Positions 31,049-41,266 of a stretch of DNA of 64,000 nucleotides are shown here, one piece after another. The DNA lies in assembly GCA_963677595.1 (NCBI GenBank), contig OY782041.1, positions 2,304,001 through 2,368,000 of the forward strand, in the 5' to 3' direction. Source of the stretch: Spirochaetia bacterium (lineage in GTDB: Bacteria > Spirochaetota > Spirochaetia > CAKZLE01). The translations under genes and the position numbers were made by a program. The stretch's first letter is position 1. The number at the start of each line of letters is the position of its first letter. The notes beneath the pieces were generated by a model. That model worked only from the letters and a program-made list of their open reading frames with translations, searched no databases and was not told where the DNA came from.

Positions 31049-32383
31049 ATGGCACAAGAGACTACAAGAGGAATGGATCTCTTCATGGAGATACAGGATG
31101 CGATGGGGACGATCGGCCCTTGGCAGGCTGAGCGGAAGGCTACTCGCAAGGTCATCAAGCGATTAGTGAGTATCCTTGATACGAACGTTGATGATCCGAG
31201 GATGCAAGGGAAGGTCGCCTATCCTCTTTCGGAGATCATCGTATTGTCATTCTTCGCTGTCTTGGGGGGCGCAGTCACCTTTCAGGACATGGAAGCCATG
31301 TGCACATACAAAGAGAAGTATTTTCGTAAGTTCCTTCCCCTGAAGTCAGGGATTCCGTCACATGATACCTTCTGCAGGGTCTTCTCCCTCATCGATATGG
31401 GACAACTCAATGATGCCTTGGTGCTGTTCGTCATGCAGGCCATGGAAGACCTGCGAAAGGCTTTGAAGATACCGGAACCTCTGCTGAAGCAGATATGTGT
31501 GGATGGGAAGGAGGCTCGAGGATCTGGTCGGATGACGAATGCAGAAGGAACAACGATCCGGAATATTCAGACGTTGCATGTCTACTCCTCCTATAACGGA
31601 ATCTGTCTGAAGTCGGTGCAGATAGATCAGAAATCCAATGAGATCCCCAAAGCACAGGAGGTCTTGTCCACGATGGACTTACGAGGGACTCTGGTCTCAT
31701 TCGATGCCTTGAATACGCAGAAAGGGACGATCGATGTCATCATCGAAGGGAAAGGGCACTATCTTGGTGGATTGAAAGGGAATCAGAAGACACTCCTGGA
31801 GGAGAGCGCTGCCTATTTCACCCCTGAATACCTCCAACAGGCGGAGAATGATCCTGATAGATATTACCGGACGATGGAGAAAGCTCATGGGCAGATGGAA
31901 GAGTGCGTCTATACGGTAGCAAACGTGAAAGCGAAAGATCGCTGTTTCTTCTCTGACTGGGCAGGGATCAAAGCGGTGATACGGTTTGATAAGCGTACCG
32001 AAAAGATCAATACCGGGAAGAAGACTCAGGAGACTCGGTATTACATCACCAGTCTCGATGGCGATGCTCAGATCTGCGGAAAAGCGATCCGGGAACATTG
32101 GCAGGTCGAGAATTCCCTGCATGGGTTCCTGGATGTGATGTTCTATGATGATGAGAATACTACGGTCAATCGTACGGCTAGCGGCAATCTGTCGCTGGTA
32201 AAGAAGATGACCCTTTCTCTGTATAAGATGATGAAGCCCCTTGAGAATTCGAAGACGCTCAGTCAGATCAAGAGAGGCTTCCATTGGGCCTATGAGGACG
32301 TTCTTGAGAGGATGTTGAGTATGTGTGATAACCGGACTATTCGCACCGCATTAGATGAGTCCTTGCAGAAACAGAAGAAATAA
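31049..32383 (+). CDS. ISAs1-family transposase
   Basis: DPR..GKV.YPL.EI, GIPSHDTF.RVF, CVDGK, KSNEIP, DALNTQ, LKGNQ, IREHWQVENSLH..LDV.F.DD. Confidence 0.95.
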   Translation: MAQETTRGMDLFMEIQDAMGTIGPWQAERKATRKVIKRLVSILDTNVDDPRMQGKVAYPLSEIIVLSFFAVLGGAVTFQDMEAMCTYKEKYFRKFLPLKSGIPSHDTFCRVFSLIDMGQLNDALVLFVMQAMEDLRKALKIPEPLLKQICVDGKEARGSGRMTNAEGTTIRNIQTLHVYSSYNGICLKSVQIDQKSNEIPKAQEVLSTMDLRGTLVSFDALNTQKGTIDVIIEGKGHYLGGLKGNQKTLLEESAAYFTPEYLQQAENDPDRYYRTMEKAHGQMEECVYTVANVKAKDRCFFSDWAGIKAVIRFDKRTEKINTGKKTQETRYYITSLDGDAQICGKAIREHWQVENSLHGFLDVMFYDDENTTVNRTASGNLSLVKKMTLSLYKMMKPLENSKTLSQIKRGFHWAYEDVLERMLSMCDNRTIRTALDESLQKQKK

Positions 32384-32421
32384 GAGTTCTCATAAGAAAT
32401 TCACAGCCCCTTCCTCGATCT

Positions 32422-32467
32422 CCCCTCCCGATAGGTACTGCTTCAGGCATCGGGAGGGGGCTCTTTG
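32422..32467 (+). terminator. Hairpin after the ISAs1 transposase
   Basis: cccctcccgat (32422-32432) / atcgggagggg (32449-32459) followed by gctcttt. Confidence 0.5.
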
Positions 32468-32650
32468 TCAGAGGATGATCATTTTCCTGATTTGAACCAT
32501 TCATTCCCTGCGATTATTCAGATTCGTGATCCTGCCCTCAGAGTGTACGCGATTTCATGCGTTTGTCCTGTTCAGGATAACTCTCTCTGGACATCATAAA
32601 AACAGCAGGGTACAATAAGACACCTCTTAGGGAAAAAGCAAAAAGGCAGT

Positions 32651-33997
32651 GTGCATATGATCTACAAGATGCTTGAGGAGATCGGGGTCTTCACCCCGGT
32701 TGCCGAGACGACCAGCCTCGAGGCCTTCCAGAAGGTCTCGACCAAGAATATCCTCATCTCCCTCATTCGTTCGATCGACCTCTACAATGACCTGCTCAAG
32801 GACCACCACCGGAGGACGGCCACGGTCGCCTACCACCTGGGTAACACCTACGGGCTCGACCGGGAGACGATGAAGAACCTCATCCTCGCGGCCTCCCTCC
32901 ATGACATCGGGGCGATCTACATCGCCGAGAGAAAGGAACTGCTCCAGTCCGATATCGAGGACCCGTCCCCCCATGAGATCCTGGGAGAGCAGATGCTCAC
33001 CGGATTCACCCCCTTCGAGAGGATCAGCCGGATCGTACGCCACCACCACATCATGTACTCGGATGTCCAGGACGGGACCGTCCCCTCCGAGGAGGTCCCC
33101 ATCGAGTGCTACTTCCTCCACCTCGCTGACCGGATCGACATCCTGGCAGCTCCTGAAGAGTATGCAGCCGATACGATGGCTGATGTCGCCGGTGAGATCC
33201 GTGCGAAGTTCGGCTCTGATTTCGCACCTTTCCTCGAGGAGACCTTCGAGAAGGTCATAGCTTCGAGGAACCTCTATGCTGACATCAGGAAAACCACCTT
33301 CCAGCAGCTGCTCTTCGACTACATCGAGGATGATTTCATATCCCTCTCGAATGATGACATACGCGGGCTCGCGCTCATCTTCTCACGGATCGTGGACTGC
33401 AAGAGTCCCTGGACCTACAGCCACTCCGTCTGTGTCGGGATCCTCGCAAGCCACATCGGCAGGTATGCCGGCTTCGACGATGATACCTGCTTCAAGCTCG
33501 AGATCGCGGGCTTCCTCCATGATATCGGGAAGATCGGCGTACCTGCCGAGCTACTCAACAAGGCCGCCCCGCTGGAGGGGGATGAGTTCGACCAGCTCCA
33601 GCTCCATGTCCACTACACCTCAATCATTCTGAAGTCTCTCGAAGGTTTTAGCACGATCGCCGAGTGGGCGAGCCATCACCATGAGAAGCGGGACAAGACG
33701 GGGTACCCGCTCCACGTCGACTGGGAAGAGGACCTGAGGCAGAACGACATCCTTGCCTTCTCTGACATCCTGACCGCAGTGGTGGAGGACCGTCCCTACC
33801 GGAAGGCCCGCACGAGGGAGGAGATCGTCACCATCCTGGGCGGCCTCTCGCCTGAGCAGCTCGACCAGTCGGTCTGTGACCTGGTGCTGGGGAACCTCGA
33901 TGAGCTTCTGGGCCTGCAGCGTACGGTGCAGGAACACATCAAGCAGTACACGATCTCCAAGCAGTGCTTTATCGACAACCTCAACCGCTTCTCCTGA
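32651..33997 (+). CDS. Tandem HD / HD-GYP phosphodiesterase
   Basis: Two LHDIG motifs; the second domain has HHEKRDKTGYP and DRPYRK, the first lacks GYP. Confidence 0.9.
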   Translation: MHMIYKMLEEIGVFTPVAETTSLEAFQKVSTKNILISLIRSIDLYNDLLKDHHRRTATVAYHLGNTYGLDRETMKNLILAASLHDIGAIYIAERKELLQSDIEDPSPHEILGEQMLTGFTPFERISRIVRHHHIMYSDVQDGTVPSEEVPIECYFLHLADRIDILAAPEEYAADTMADVAGEIRAKFGSDFAPFLEETFEKVIASRNLYADIRKTTFQQLLFDYIEDDFISLSNDDIRGLALIFSRIVDCKSPWTYSHSVCVGILASHIGRYAGFDDDTCFKLEIAGFLHDIGKIGVPAELLNKAAPLEGDEFDQLQLHVHYTSIILKSLEGFSTIAEWASHHHEKRDKTGYPLHVDWEEDLRQNDILAFSDILTAVVEDRPYRKARTREEIVTILGGLSPEQLDQSVCDLVLGNLDELLGLQRTVQEHIKQYTISKQCFIDNLNRFS

Positions 33998-33999
33998 TC

Positions 34000-36900
34000 T
34001 CAGCCGACCCTCCGTGCCCAGGTGAGCGCCTTGGCAGGCAGCGGCTCCCCGAGCTCCCAGAGGATCGACATCGGTTTCGATCCCTGGTGCCTGCGGTAGC
34101 GCAGCGGGCCTGCGAAGAGGTAGGGTGCCGTAAGGCCATTCTCCAGTTGTTTCTTCCTCCTGATGAAGAGGTAGGGGGTATACCCCATCCTCTCATGGTT
34201 GATGTACCGTCTTCCGGTGGCAGTCTCACTTCCCGTCCCTGACTGGCTCTGCCAGTGGAACAGCTTGTCCGTCACGGCATAGTCCTCATACATCGTGGTA
34301 GGGGAGAAGTCTGCCTCATCCTTGTCGATGTCCGCGAAGAAGAGGTCTACCTTCCTCTCGGGTATATGGAGGACACCCTCCCGTGCCGGGGCCGGGTGCT
34401 CGAAACTGCCTTTCCCTGCTGCCAGCAGGATCTGGGCCCTGGAGTAGGACCCGTGGAGGTTGAGTTCCCCGGTCCCGGGGAACTTCCGCTCCCTGATCGG
34501 GTTCCTGTGGATACGCATCCAGTCGATGAGTTCGAGCAGGTCACCCACGATCCCCGGATGGTCCATGACATACTGATGGACCGCATCGAGCGTCCCATCA
34601 CCAGGCTTCTTACTGCCCCATAGCAGGCAGTGGAGGAGCTCGTCGGTCCCGGTAGTACCGGGCTTGCCCTGGAGCAGGTTGCTGAACTGAGCAAGGAGCA
34701 TGGGGTCATCCATGAGCAGGAGCTTCCTGAAGCCCCTGCCCAGGGAGTACTCTCCCTTCCGGAGAGTATCAAGGTCTCTCCTCTCGGTGACTGCGGAGAT
34801 GATCTGCGAGGGTAGGCCCTTGCGGTAGATCGGGTCGGGGTCATCGAGGTGGAAGTAGTCGAGGAGCTGCTGCAGGGAGACCTCTCCCTCGGTTGCCGTG
34901 AGCAGTCTCTCGACCTCCTGGAGGAACCGCTTCCCCCGCATGGTGCTGGCGGTATCGCGGATGGAATCGAGGATGATCTGCTCTGACTGCCGCTCGAGCT
35001 GGATGAAGCAGCCGGTGGGCATGAAGGGCATGCCGGCCTCGATCTGGGTGTCTACCCGCTTCTCAGGCCGCATGCTCAGGGCCCGGAAGCGGGAGATGAA
35101 GTCGAACCGGCGGTTCTGCGGGGCGATGAAGTCCAGGACAGTCAACTGGGACTTGTCGTCATCGAGGCGCAGCCCTCGCCCAAGCTGCTGCAGGAAGATC
35201 GTAAGACTCTCGGTGGGACGGAGGAAGAGGACGGTGTCGACGAAGGGGAGGTCCACCCCCTCGTTGTAGAGGTCCACGGTGAAGATGAAGTTGATCTCCC
35301 TCTTCTTCAGGGACCACTGGACCTTGTCCCTCACGTCCTTTGGTGTTTCAGCGGTAAGGGCCATCGAAGGAACTCCGAGCTCAGTGAACTTCGCTGCCAT
35401 GAAGCGGGCATGGGTGACGCTCACGCAGAAGCCCAGCCCCCGGACCTGCCTGATGTCAGCGACATAGGCGTCGGTCTGGGTCCGTACCCACTGTGCCCGC
35501 CCGTCATTGGAGCCGAGAAGTTCGTCGAGGTCCTGCTGCTGGTAGCCTCCCCGTTTCCAGTCCAGGGATGAGAAGTCGATGCCCGGGGCATCGGGGATCC
35601 CGTAGTAGTGGAAGGGACAGAGCAGGTTCCGCTCCACTGCCTCGGTGAGCCGCAGCTCATGGGTGAAGCTCCCGCCGAAGTCATCCCTGATGTCCCCGCC
35701 GTCGGCCCGTTCCGGTGTGGCGGTCAGCCCGACCAGGGAGAAGGGTTCTATATGGTCTATCAGCCTCTGGTAGGAGGCGGCTGCGGCATGGTGTGCCTCA
35801 TCGAGGACGATGTAGTCGTAATAGTCGGGGGCAAGCGTATCGAGGCCCCTGCTGTTCCAGCTCTGGACGGTGCAGAAGAGGTGGTCGTAGGAGGAGGGTT
35901 CCTTCCCGCCTGCGAGCAGGTCGCCGAAGTCATGGTGCTTGAGGACCTGTGAGAAGGCAAGCTGTGCCTGTTTGAGGATCTCCTCCCGGTGGGCCACGAA
36001 GAGGAGCCTCGGGTGCCCGCCCCACTGTTCACAGAAGGCCTTGTAGTCGAAAGCCGCGACCATCGTCTTGCCCGTCCCCGTGGCGGCGATGATGAGGTGC
36101 TTCGTCCTGCCTGCTGCCCGTTCTGCCGCGATATCCTCGAGGATCGCCTGCTGGAAGGTATGCGGCCTGAGGTCGAAGAAGGGGAGGATGGCCCCGGCCC
36201 CTAGAGTATTCCCCCGTTCTGAGCTGATCGCGGCGATGAACTCGCCGATGTTCTCCTTCGTGCAGGGGGTGAACTCCGTCTCATCTTCCCAGTGTGAGTC
36301 GAAGGTGGCTGCCGCATGCTGCCAGAGGTGGAGGGACTCGAACTGACTGACCTTTGCGGTCCATTCCAGCCCCTCGTTCATGGCTGCCTTCGAGATGTTC
36401 GCCGACCCGATATAGGCTGAGCCGAAGCCGCTCTCCCGGTGGAAGAGGTAGGCCTTGGCATGGAGGCGGGTCCGCTTCGTGTCGAGCGATACCCTGATCT
36501 CCGTGTTGGGCAGCTCCTGCAGGAGCCGCACGGCCTTTATATCGGTAGCCCCCATATAGGAGGTGGTGGCTATACGGAGCCGGGGCCTGCCGTCGGGTGA
36601 GGACTTGCTGGTGAACTCCTGCAGTGCGGGGTAGAGCTGCCTGATGCCGGCGAACTTGATGAAGGAGACGAGCCAGTCCGCCCGGTCGCAGGAGGCGAGC
36701 TCCTTGACCATCTGTGACTGGAGGGAGGGGGTACGGGCCGAGCCGGTCAGCAGGGCCGATTCCGAGAGCCGGGTATCAGGCCGGGGAAGGGAGGCCTGTG
36801 CGAGCTGGTGCTCCCTGATCTGCCCGAGTACCTGCAGGTCCACGGGGAACAGGCGGGAGAGCACCTCATCGAGGAGTCCCGAGGAGTCCCGCTCCCCTGA

Positions 36901-37104
36901 GAGCAGGGCTGCCAGCTCCTTGGAGTCTGCCTGTCTCAGTAGCAGGGAGATCTCCCGTGCCAGCGGCAGGGCAAGGTAGCGGTCGACCTCCTCGAGGGTG
37001 ATCGCATCCCAGCGGGCCTCTCCGGCCTGGCCGGTCTCCTCGAGCAGTCGTTCGAGTTCCCTGGTATGGAGCAGTTCGTATAATCCCGGCGGCAGTCTTT
37101 TCAT
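34000..37104 (-). CDS. PLD-nuclease / SF2 helicase / DUF3427 protein (SauUSI-like type IV restriction enzyme candidate)
   Basis: LHAKAY + GSANIS (PLD), ATGTGKT, DEAHH, TATPER, QQLGRGLR, C-terminal YEDYA..FHWQSQS. Confidence 0.88.
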   Translation of the reverse strand: MKRLPPGLYELLHTRELERLLEETGQAGEARWDAITLEEVDRYLALPLAREISLLLRQADSKELAALLSGERDSSGLLDEVLSRLFPVDLQVLGQIREHQLAQASLPRPDTRLSESALLTGSARTPSLQSQMVKELASCDRADWLVSFIKFAGIRQLYPALQEFTSKSSPDGRPRLRIATTSYMGATDIKAVRLLQELPNTEIRVSLDTKRTRLHAKAYLFHRESGFGSAYIGSANISKAAMNEGLEWTAKVSQFESLHLWQHAAATFDSHWEDETEFTPCTKENIGEFIAAISSERGNTLGAGAILPFFDLRPHTFQQAILEDIAAERAAGRTKHLIIAATGTGKTMVAAFDYKAFCEQWGGHPRLLFVAHREEILKQAQLAFSQVLKHHDFGDLLAGGKEPSSYDHLFCTVQSWNSRGLDTLAPDYYDYIVLDEAHHAAAASYQRLIDHIEPFSLVGLTATPERADGGDIRDDFGGSFTHELRLTEAVERNLLCPFHYYGIPDAPGIDFSSLDWKRGGYQQQDLDELLGSNDGRAQWVRTQTDAYVADIRQVRGLGFCVSVTHARFMAAKFTELGVPSMALTAETPKDVRDKVQWSLKKREINFIFTVDLYNEGVDLPFVDTVLFLRPTESLTIFLQQLGRGLRLDDDKSQLTVLDFIAPQNRRFDFISRFRALSMRPEKRVDTQIEAGMPFMPTGCFIQLERQSEQIILDSIRDTASTMRGKRFLQEVERLLTATEGEVSLQQLLDYFHLDDPDPIYRKGLPSQIISAVTERRDLDTLRKGEYSLGRGFRKLLLMDDPMLLAQFSNLLQGKPGTTGTDELLHCLLWGSKKPGDGTLDAVHQYVMDHPGIVGDLLELIDWMRIHRNPIRERKFPGTGELNLHGSYSRAQILLAAGKGSFEHPAPAREGVLHIPERKVDLFFADIDKDEADFSPTTMYEDYAVTDKLFHWQSQSGTGSETATGRRYINHERMGYTPYLFIRRKKQLENGLTAPYLFAGPLRYRRHQGSKPMSILWELGEPLPAKALTWARRVG

Positions 37105-37235
37105 GGTATCAGCTCACGTCTCCTTATGGTATATACACCAGTATACTCTATGGCAGAGTACGGATCCAGGAAAAATGGAGGGTGAACAGCTTGACGTATA
37201 AAGTTGCATATGAAACTATATAGGGTAAGGAGACG

Positions 37236-37709
37236 ATGATGGAACTGTATGAACGGTCGCTCGGAAGGAGCATCAACCATATATCGCGGCTGGTCCACTG
37301 GCTGGTCAGGAACGAGCTCGAAGCCTATGGGGTAGGGAGCGGACAGCATGCGATCATGGTCCTCGTCTACCGGTACCCCGGGATCACCCAGAACGAGATC
37401 AGCTCAAAGGGCTGCGTGGACAAGGCTACCGTGGCCAAGGGGCTGGCACACCTGGAGAAGCTCTCCCTGCTCAGGCGTGAAGCTGACCCGGATGACCGCC
37501 GCCTGAGGCATGTCTACCTCACCGACGCCGGGAGTGAGCTCATGCCGGTAATCATCGCATGCCTGAGGAATGTGACCGATACCTGCTCTGCCGGGCTTAC
37601 ACCGGATGAGACGGACGTGCTCTTCTCCCTGCTGGACAAGGTGGAGCATGCACTGGTCGATTATATCGAGGATACCGGGAGTGAGAGCCGGGAGAAGGGG
37701 AAGAGATGA
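37236..37709 (+). CDS. MarR-family regulator
   Basis: GITQNEI...DKATVAK.L..LE...DRR...VYLTDAG; imperfect palindrome agttgcatatgaaact at 37202-37217 upstream. Confidence 0.92.
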   Translation: MMELYERSLGRSINHISRLVHWLVRNELEAYGVGSGQHAIMVLVYRYPGITQNEISSKGCVDKATVAKGLAHLEKLSLLRREADPDDRRLRHVYLTDAGSELMPVIIACLRNVTDTCSAGLTPDETDVLFSLLDKVEHALVDYIEDTGSESREKGKR

Positions 37710-39058
37710 CAAAAGCAGAGATCAACCGGACGAGGATCCTCGAGGACCCCATCGGGAAGACCCTGATGCGGCTTGCCGTGCCCATGATCTTCGGTATCCT
37801 CAGTATGGTCGTCTACAACCTTGCCGACACCTTCTTCGTCGGGAGGTTGGGCAATGAGCAGCTGGCCGCCCTCTCGTTCACCTTCCCGGTCGTCATGTTC
37901 GTGGGCTCCATCGCCCTCGGCATCGGGATGGGGACCTCCGCCGTCGTATCCCGAGCGGTGGGGAAGCAGGACTATAAGGCGGTACACCGCCTGGTCTTCG
38001 ACAGCCTGCTGCTCGGTCTGGTCGTCGTGGGGATCCTGGTGGCGGTCGGCCTCTCCACCATCCGCCCGCTCTTCACCCTCCTCGGTGCTGAGGGGCTCAT
38101 CCTCGATTATATCGTAGAGTACATGCAGACCTGGTATATCGGGATGGTCTTCGTGGTGGTCCCGATGGTCGGGAACAATATCATCAGGGCTACCGGGGAC
38201 TCGAAGACCCCCGGGATGGTCATGGTCCTCGGGGCCGCGACCAACTTCACCCTCGACCCGCTGCTAATCTACGGGATCGGGCCCTTCCCCGAACTGGGGA
38301 TCCAGGGTGCTGCCCTGGCTACCGTGATCGGGAGGAGCCTTACCTTCTTCATCGCCCTCTTTGTGCTCATCTTCAGGGAGAAGCTGCTGAAGCTGACGAT
38401 CCCCCGGCTCTCCGAGCTGTGGGCCTCATGGAAGCGGATCCTCTACATAGCCGTACCGAATGCCCTGACGAAGATGATCGTCCCCCTCGGGGCGGGTTTC
38501 ATCACCCGGGTCATCTCCTCCTACGGTCCTGAGGCCGTGGCCGGGTACGGGATCGCGACCCGGGTCGAGTTCTTCGCCCTGGCATCACTCAACGCGCTCT
38601 CCTCGGTGATGGGACCGTTCATCGGGCAGAACCTCGGGGCGGGGAAGACCGAACGGGTCGGGGAGAGCTTCACGGTAAGCAGGCACTTCTCCCTGGCGGT
38701 GGGAGGAGGTGTCTTCATCCTTCTCCTGCTGCTCGCTGATAGGGTCGCCGGGTTCTTCAACACCGACCCGGCGATCATCTCCGTAGCAGCCCTCTACATG
38801 CGGGTCGTCTCTGTAGCCTATGCCGCCCAGGGCTTCTATATGGTCGCCTCCGCAGGGTTGAACGTCATGAACCGACCGCTCCATGCGGCAAGCCTGAGCC
38901 TCATCGAGATGTTCGTGTTATCGGTACCGCTGGCGCTGCTCGGCTCGCGGCTCTTCGGGACGGTGGGGGTATTCAGTGCCCTGTCGGTCAGCTACCTTAC
39001 GACCGGGATCCTGGCATACCTGGTCGTTCGCAGGGTGCTGGCACAGGCAAGAAGCTGA
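37706..39058 (+). CDS. MATE-family efflux transporter
   Basis: YNLADTFFVGRLG, RATGDSKTP, LGIQGAALATVI, GQNLGAG. Confidence 0.94.
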   Translation: MTKAEINRTRILEDPIGKTLMRLAVPMIFGILSMVVYNLADTFFVGRLGNEQLAALSFTFPVVMFVGSIALGIGMGTSAVVSRAVGKQDYKAVHRLVFDSLLLGLVVVGILVAVGLSTIRPLFTLLGAEGLILDYIVEYMQTWYIGMVFVVVPMVGNNIIRATGDSKTPGMVMVLGAATNFTLDPLLIYGIGPFPELGIQGAALATVIGRSLTFFIALFVLIFREKLLKLTIPRLSELWASWKRILYIAVPNALTKMIVPLGAGFITRVISSYGPEAVAGYGIATRVEFFALASLNALSSVMGPFIGQNLGAGKTERVGESFTVSRHFSLAVGGGVFILLLLLADRVAGFFNTDPAIISVAALYMRVVSVAYAAQGFYMVASAGLNVMNRPLHAASLSLIEMFVLSVPLALLGSRLFGTVGVFSALSVSYLTTGILAYLVVRRVLAQARS

Positions 39059-39077
39059 CTGAGAAGGAGGAGGAACC

Positions 39078-39794
39078 ATGCCTGTTATCGTATCTATCAT
39101 CATCTACTCATTCATCTCCGGGGTCACGGTCTTCATCGGCGGCCTGCTCTCACGCTCCTTCGAGGCGAAGATACCCGAGGGGGTGAAGAAGGAGGAGTTC
39201 ATCCACGCCTCCATCGCCTTCGGCGGGGGGATTATCATCGCCGCGGTGGCCTTCGTGCTGGTCCCGAGGGGGATGGCACAGCTGAGACTCCTGCCCCTGC
39301 TCGTGACTTTCCTCGGCGGGGCAGTCCTCTTCTTCCTGCTCGACCGTGCGATCGAGCGGAAGGGCGGCTCCACGGCACAGATCCTGGCCATGCTGATGGA
39401 CTTCGTCCCGGAGGCGATCGCCCTGGGAGCCGTGTTCGCCCATGACGTGAGGCTGGGACTGCTGCTGGCCCTCTTCATCGGCCTGCAGAACCTTCCCGAG
39501 GCCTTCAACTCGTACCGGGACCTCATCTCTTCGGGGTTCTCCCCCCGGAGCTGCCTGCTCATCATGTTCGGCCTGAGCTTCTCCGGCGTGGCTGCAGCCC
39601 TCCTTGGCTACTACCTCTTAGGCGATGCCCAAAGCCTGATCGCGGGCCTGATGGTGTTTGCCAGCGGCGGTATCCTCTACCTGGTGTTCCAGGACATAGC
39701 GCCCTCGGCCAAGCTGTCGAGGCATTGGATGCCGGCGCTCGGGGCCTGCCTCGGGTTCACCGTGGGGATGGTCGGCCAGAAGCTGCTCGGCTAG
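39078..39794 (+). CDS. ZIP-family divalent metal transporter
   Basis: MDFVPEAIALG and IGLQNLPEAF motifs; about 8 TM segments. Confidence 0.85.
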   Translation: MPVIVSIIIYSFISGVTVFIGGLLSRSFEAKIPEGVKKEEFIHASIAFGGGIIIAAVAFVLVPRGMAQLRLLPLLVTFLGGAVLFFLLDRAIERKGGSTAQILAMLMDFVPEAIALGAVFAHDVRLGLLLALFIGLQNLPEAFNSYRDLISSGFSPRSCLLIMFGLSFSGVAAALLGYYLLGDAQSLIAGLMVFASGGILYLVFQDIAPSAKLSRHWMPALGACLGFTVGMVGQKLLG

Positions 39795-39898
39795 GCCGAT
39801 TGCCCCGTATCCCCTGCTTCACTATTTACGAATCCCTGTGCGTATGATACCCTGCTGTGATTTCAGGTACGGGAAAACAGCTGTTTTAGGAGCCGATT

Positions 39899-41266
39899 GT
39901 GAAGATTGTGATACTCGGTGCGGGTAATGTGGGATATACGCTTGCAGAGACCCTGTCAGAGATAGGGCATGATATCGTATTGATCGAGAGCCAGAAAGCC
40001 TATGGCATGCAGATCCAGAATGAGCTCGATATCCAGGTCGTCATCGGGAACGGGTCCAAGCCCGCCGTCCTCATGGAGGCTGGTGTGGGGCAGGATCCGC
40101 CAGTAGACGTACTCATCGCCTGTGCGAACCAGGACGAGGTGAATATCATGGCATGCTGGCAGGCGAAGCACCTCGGTGTCAAGCACGTCATCTCCCGTGC
40201 CATGAGCGAGGAGTATGCCAGCAACCGGCAGTGGGCCGAGATGCTCGGGATCGATGAGATCATCTCCCCCGAGCGGTCGCTCGCACGGAGGATCGAGGAG
40301 ATCCTCACGATCCGCTCTGCCGTCCATACGACCGAGTTCTTTGCCGGTGCAGTCGGTTCCTATGCGTTCCGCATCAGTGACTCCTCGAAGGTCTGCGGGA
40401 TGCGCCTCGGCGACATCACCAGGGAGTTCCCGGAGTTCCAGGCGGTCATCGTCTACGTCGAACGCGGGGACGACGGGTTCATCCCCTCAGGTGATTGGGT
40501 CGCGAAGGAGGGGGACCTCTGCTACCTCATAACCTTCAGGGAGCACAGCTCGAAGATCGAGAAGTTCTTCGTCCATGGCCGTACGAAGCGGCTGAAGCGG
40601 GTCATCATCATCGGCGGCGGGAAGATCGGCACGGCCCTGATCGAGCAGCTCCTCGTGAGCCGTCCCGGCACCGAGATAAAACTGATAGAAGCAGATGAGG
40701 AACTCTGCCACAGCCTGGCGGAACGGTTCCCCGAGATCATCACCCTCGCCGGTGACGGCGCAGATGAGAAACTGCTGCTGCACGAGGGGATAGACAAGGC
40801 CGACGGCTGTGTCTGCGCTACCGGCCTGGATGAGAGGAACCTCATTCTGGCGACGCTTACGAAGAACCTGGGTGTGCACAAGAGCATCGCCGTAGTGAAG
40901 AACAGGACCTACCACAAGGTGGGGAAGAGCCTGCCGGTCGATGCGTCGGTGAACCCGAACGAGACCCTGATCTCGGAGATCCTGCGCTATGTGCAGTACC
41001 CTGACAGTGCCCAGTCCCTCTCCCATATCGGCCGGATCGACTCCGAGATCCTGGAAGTCACCATCTCTGATGAGTCCCCGGTCATCGGGAAGCAGATCGC
41101 GGAGCTGAACCTGCCGAAGGGTGTCGTCTTCGCCATGATCAAGCGTTCGGGGAAGGTGATCCTCCCGAACGGGGCCACCGTCATCAGTGCCGGTGATGTC
41201 ATCCTCATCTTCTCCAAGCATTCTGAGATAGCGAAACTCTCCAAAGTCATGGGGCTCTCCTCATGA
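39899..41266 (+). CDS. trkA: Trk potassium uptake NAD-binding subunit
   Basis: Two RCK units (ILGAGNVG, IIGGGKIG); adjacent to trkH. Confidence 0.94.
   Translation: MKIVILGAGNVGYTLAETLSEIGHDIVLIESQKAYGMQIQNELDIQVVIGNGSKPAVLMEAGVGQDPPVDVLIACANQDEVNIMACWQAKHLGVKHVISRAMSEEYASNRQWAEMLGIDEIISPERSLARRIEEILTIRSAVHTTEFFAGAVGSYAFRISDSSKVCGMRLGDITREFPEFQAVIVYVERGDDGFIPSGDWVAKEGDLCYLITFREHSSKIEKFFVHGRTKRLKRVIIIGGGKIGTALIEQLLVSRPGTEIKLIEADEELCHSLAERFPEIITLAGDGADEKLLLHEGIDKADGCVCATGLDERNLILATLTKNLGVHKSIAVVKNRTYHKVGKSLPVDASVNPNETLISEILRYVQYPDSAQSLSHIGRIDSEILEVTISDESPVIGKQIAELNLPKGVVFAMIKRSGKVILPNGATVISAGDVILIFSKHSEIAKLSKVMGLSS

Larger units (their letters stand above)
30285..32570 (+). mobile_element. ISAs1-family insertion sequence with an extra upstream ORF (18-bp TIR, 9-bp TSD)
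   Basis: caggacaaacgcatgaaa (30285-30302) and tttcatgcgtttgtcctg (32553-32570) are a perfect inverted repeat. ttcaggata is duplicated at 30276-30284 and 32571-32579. Confidence 0.93.
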
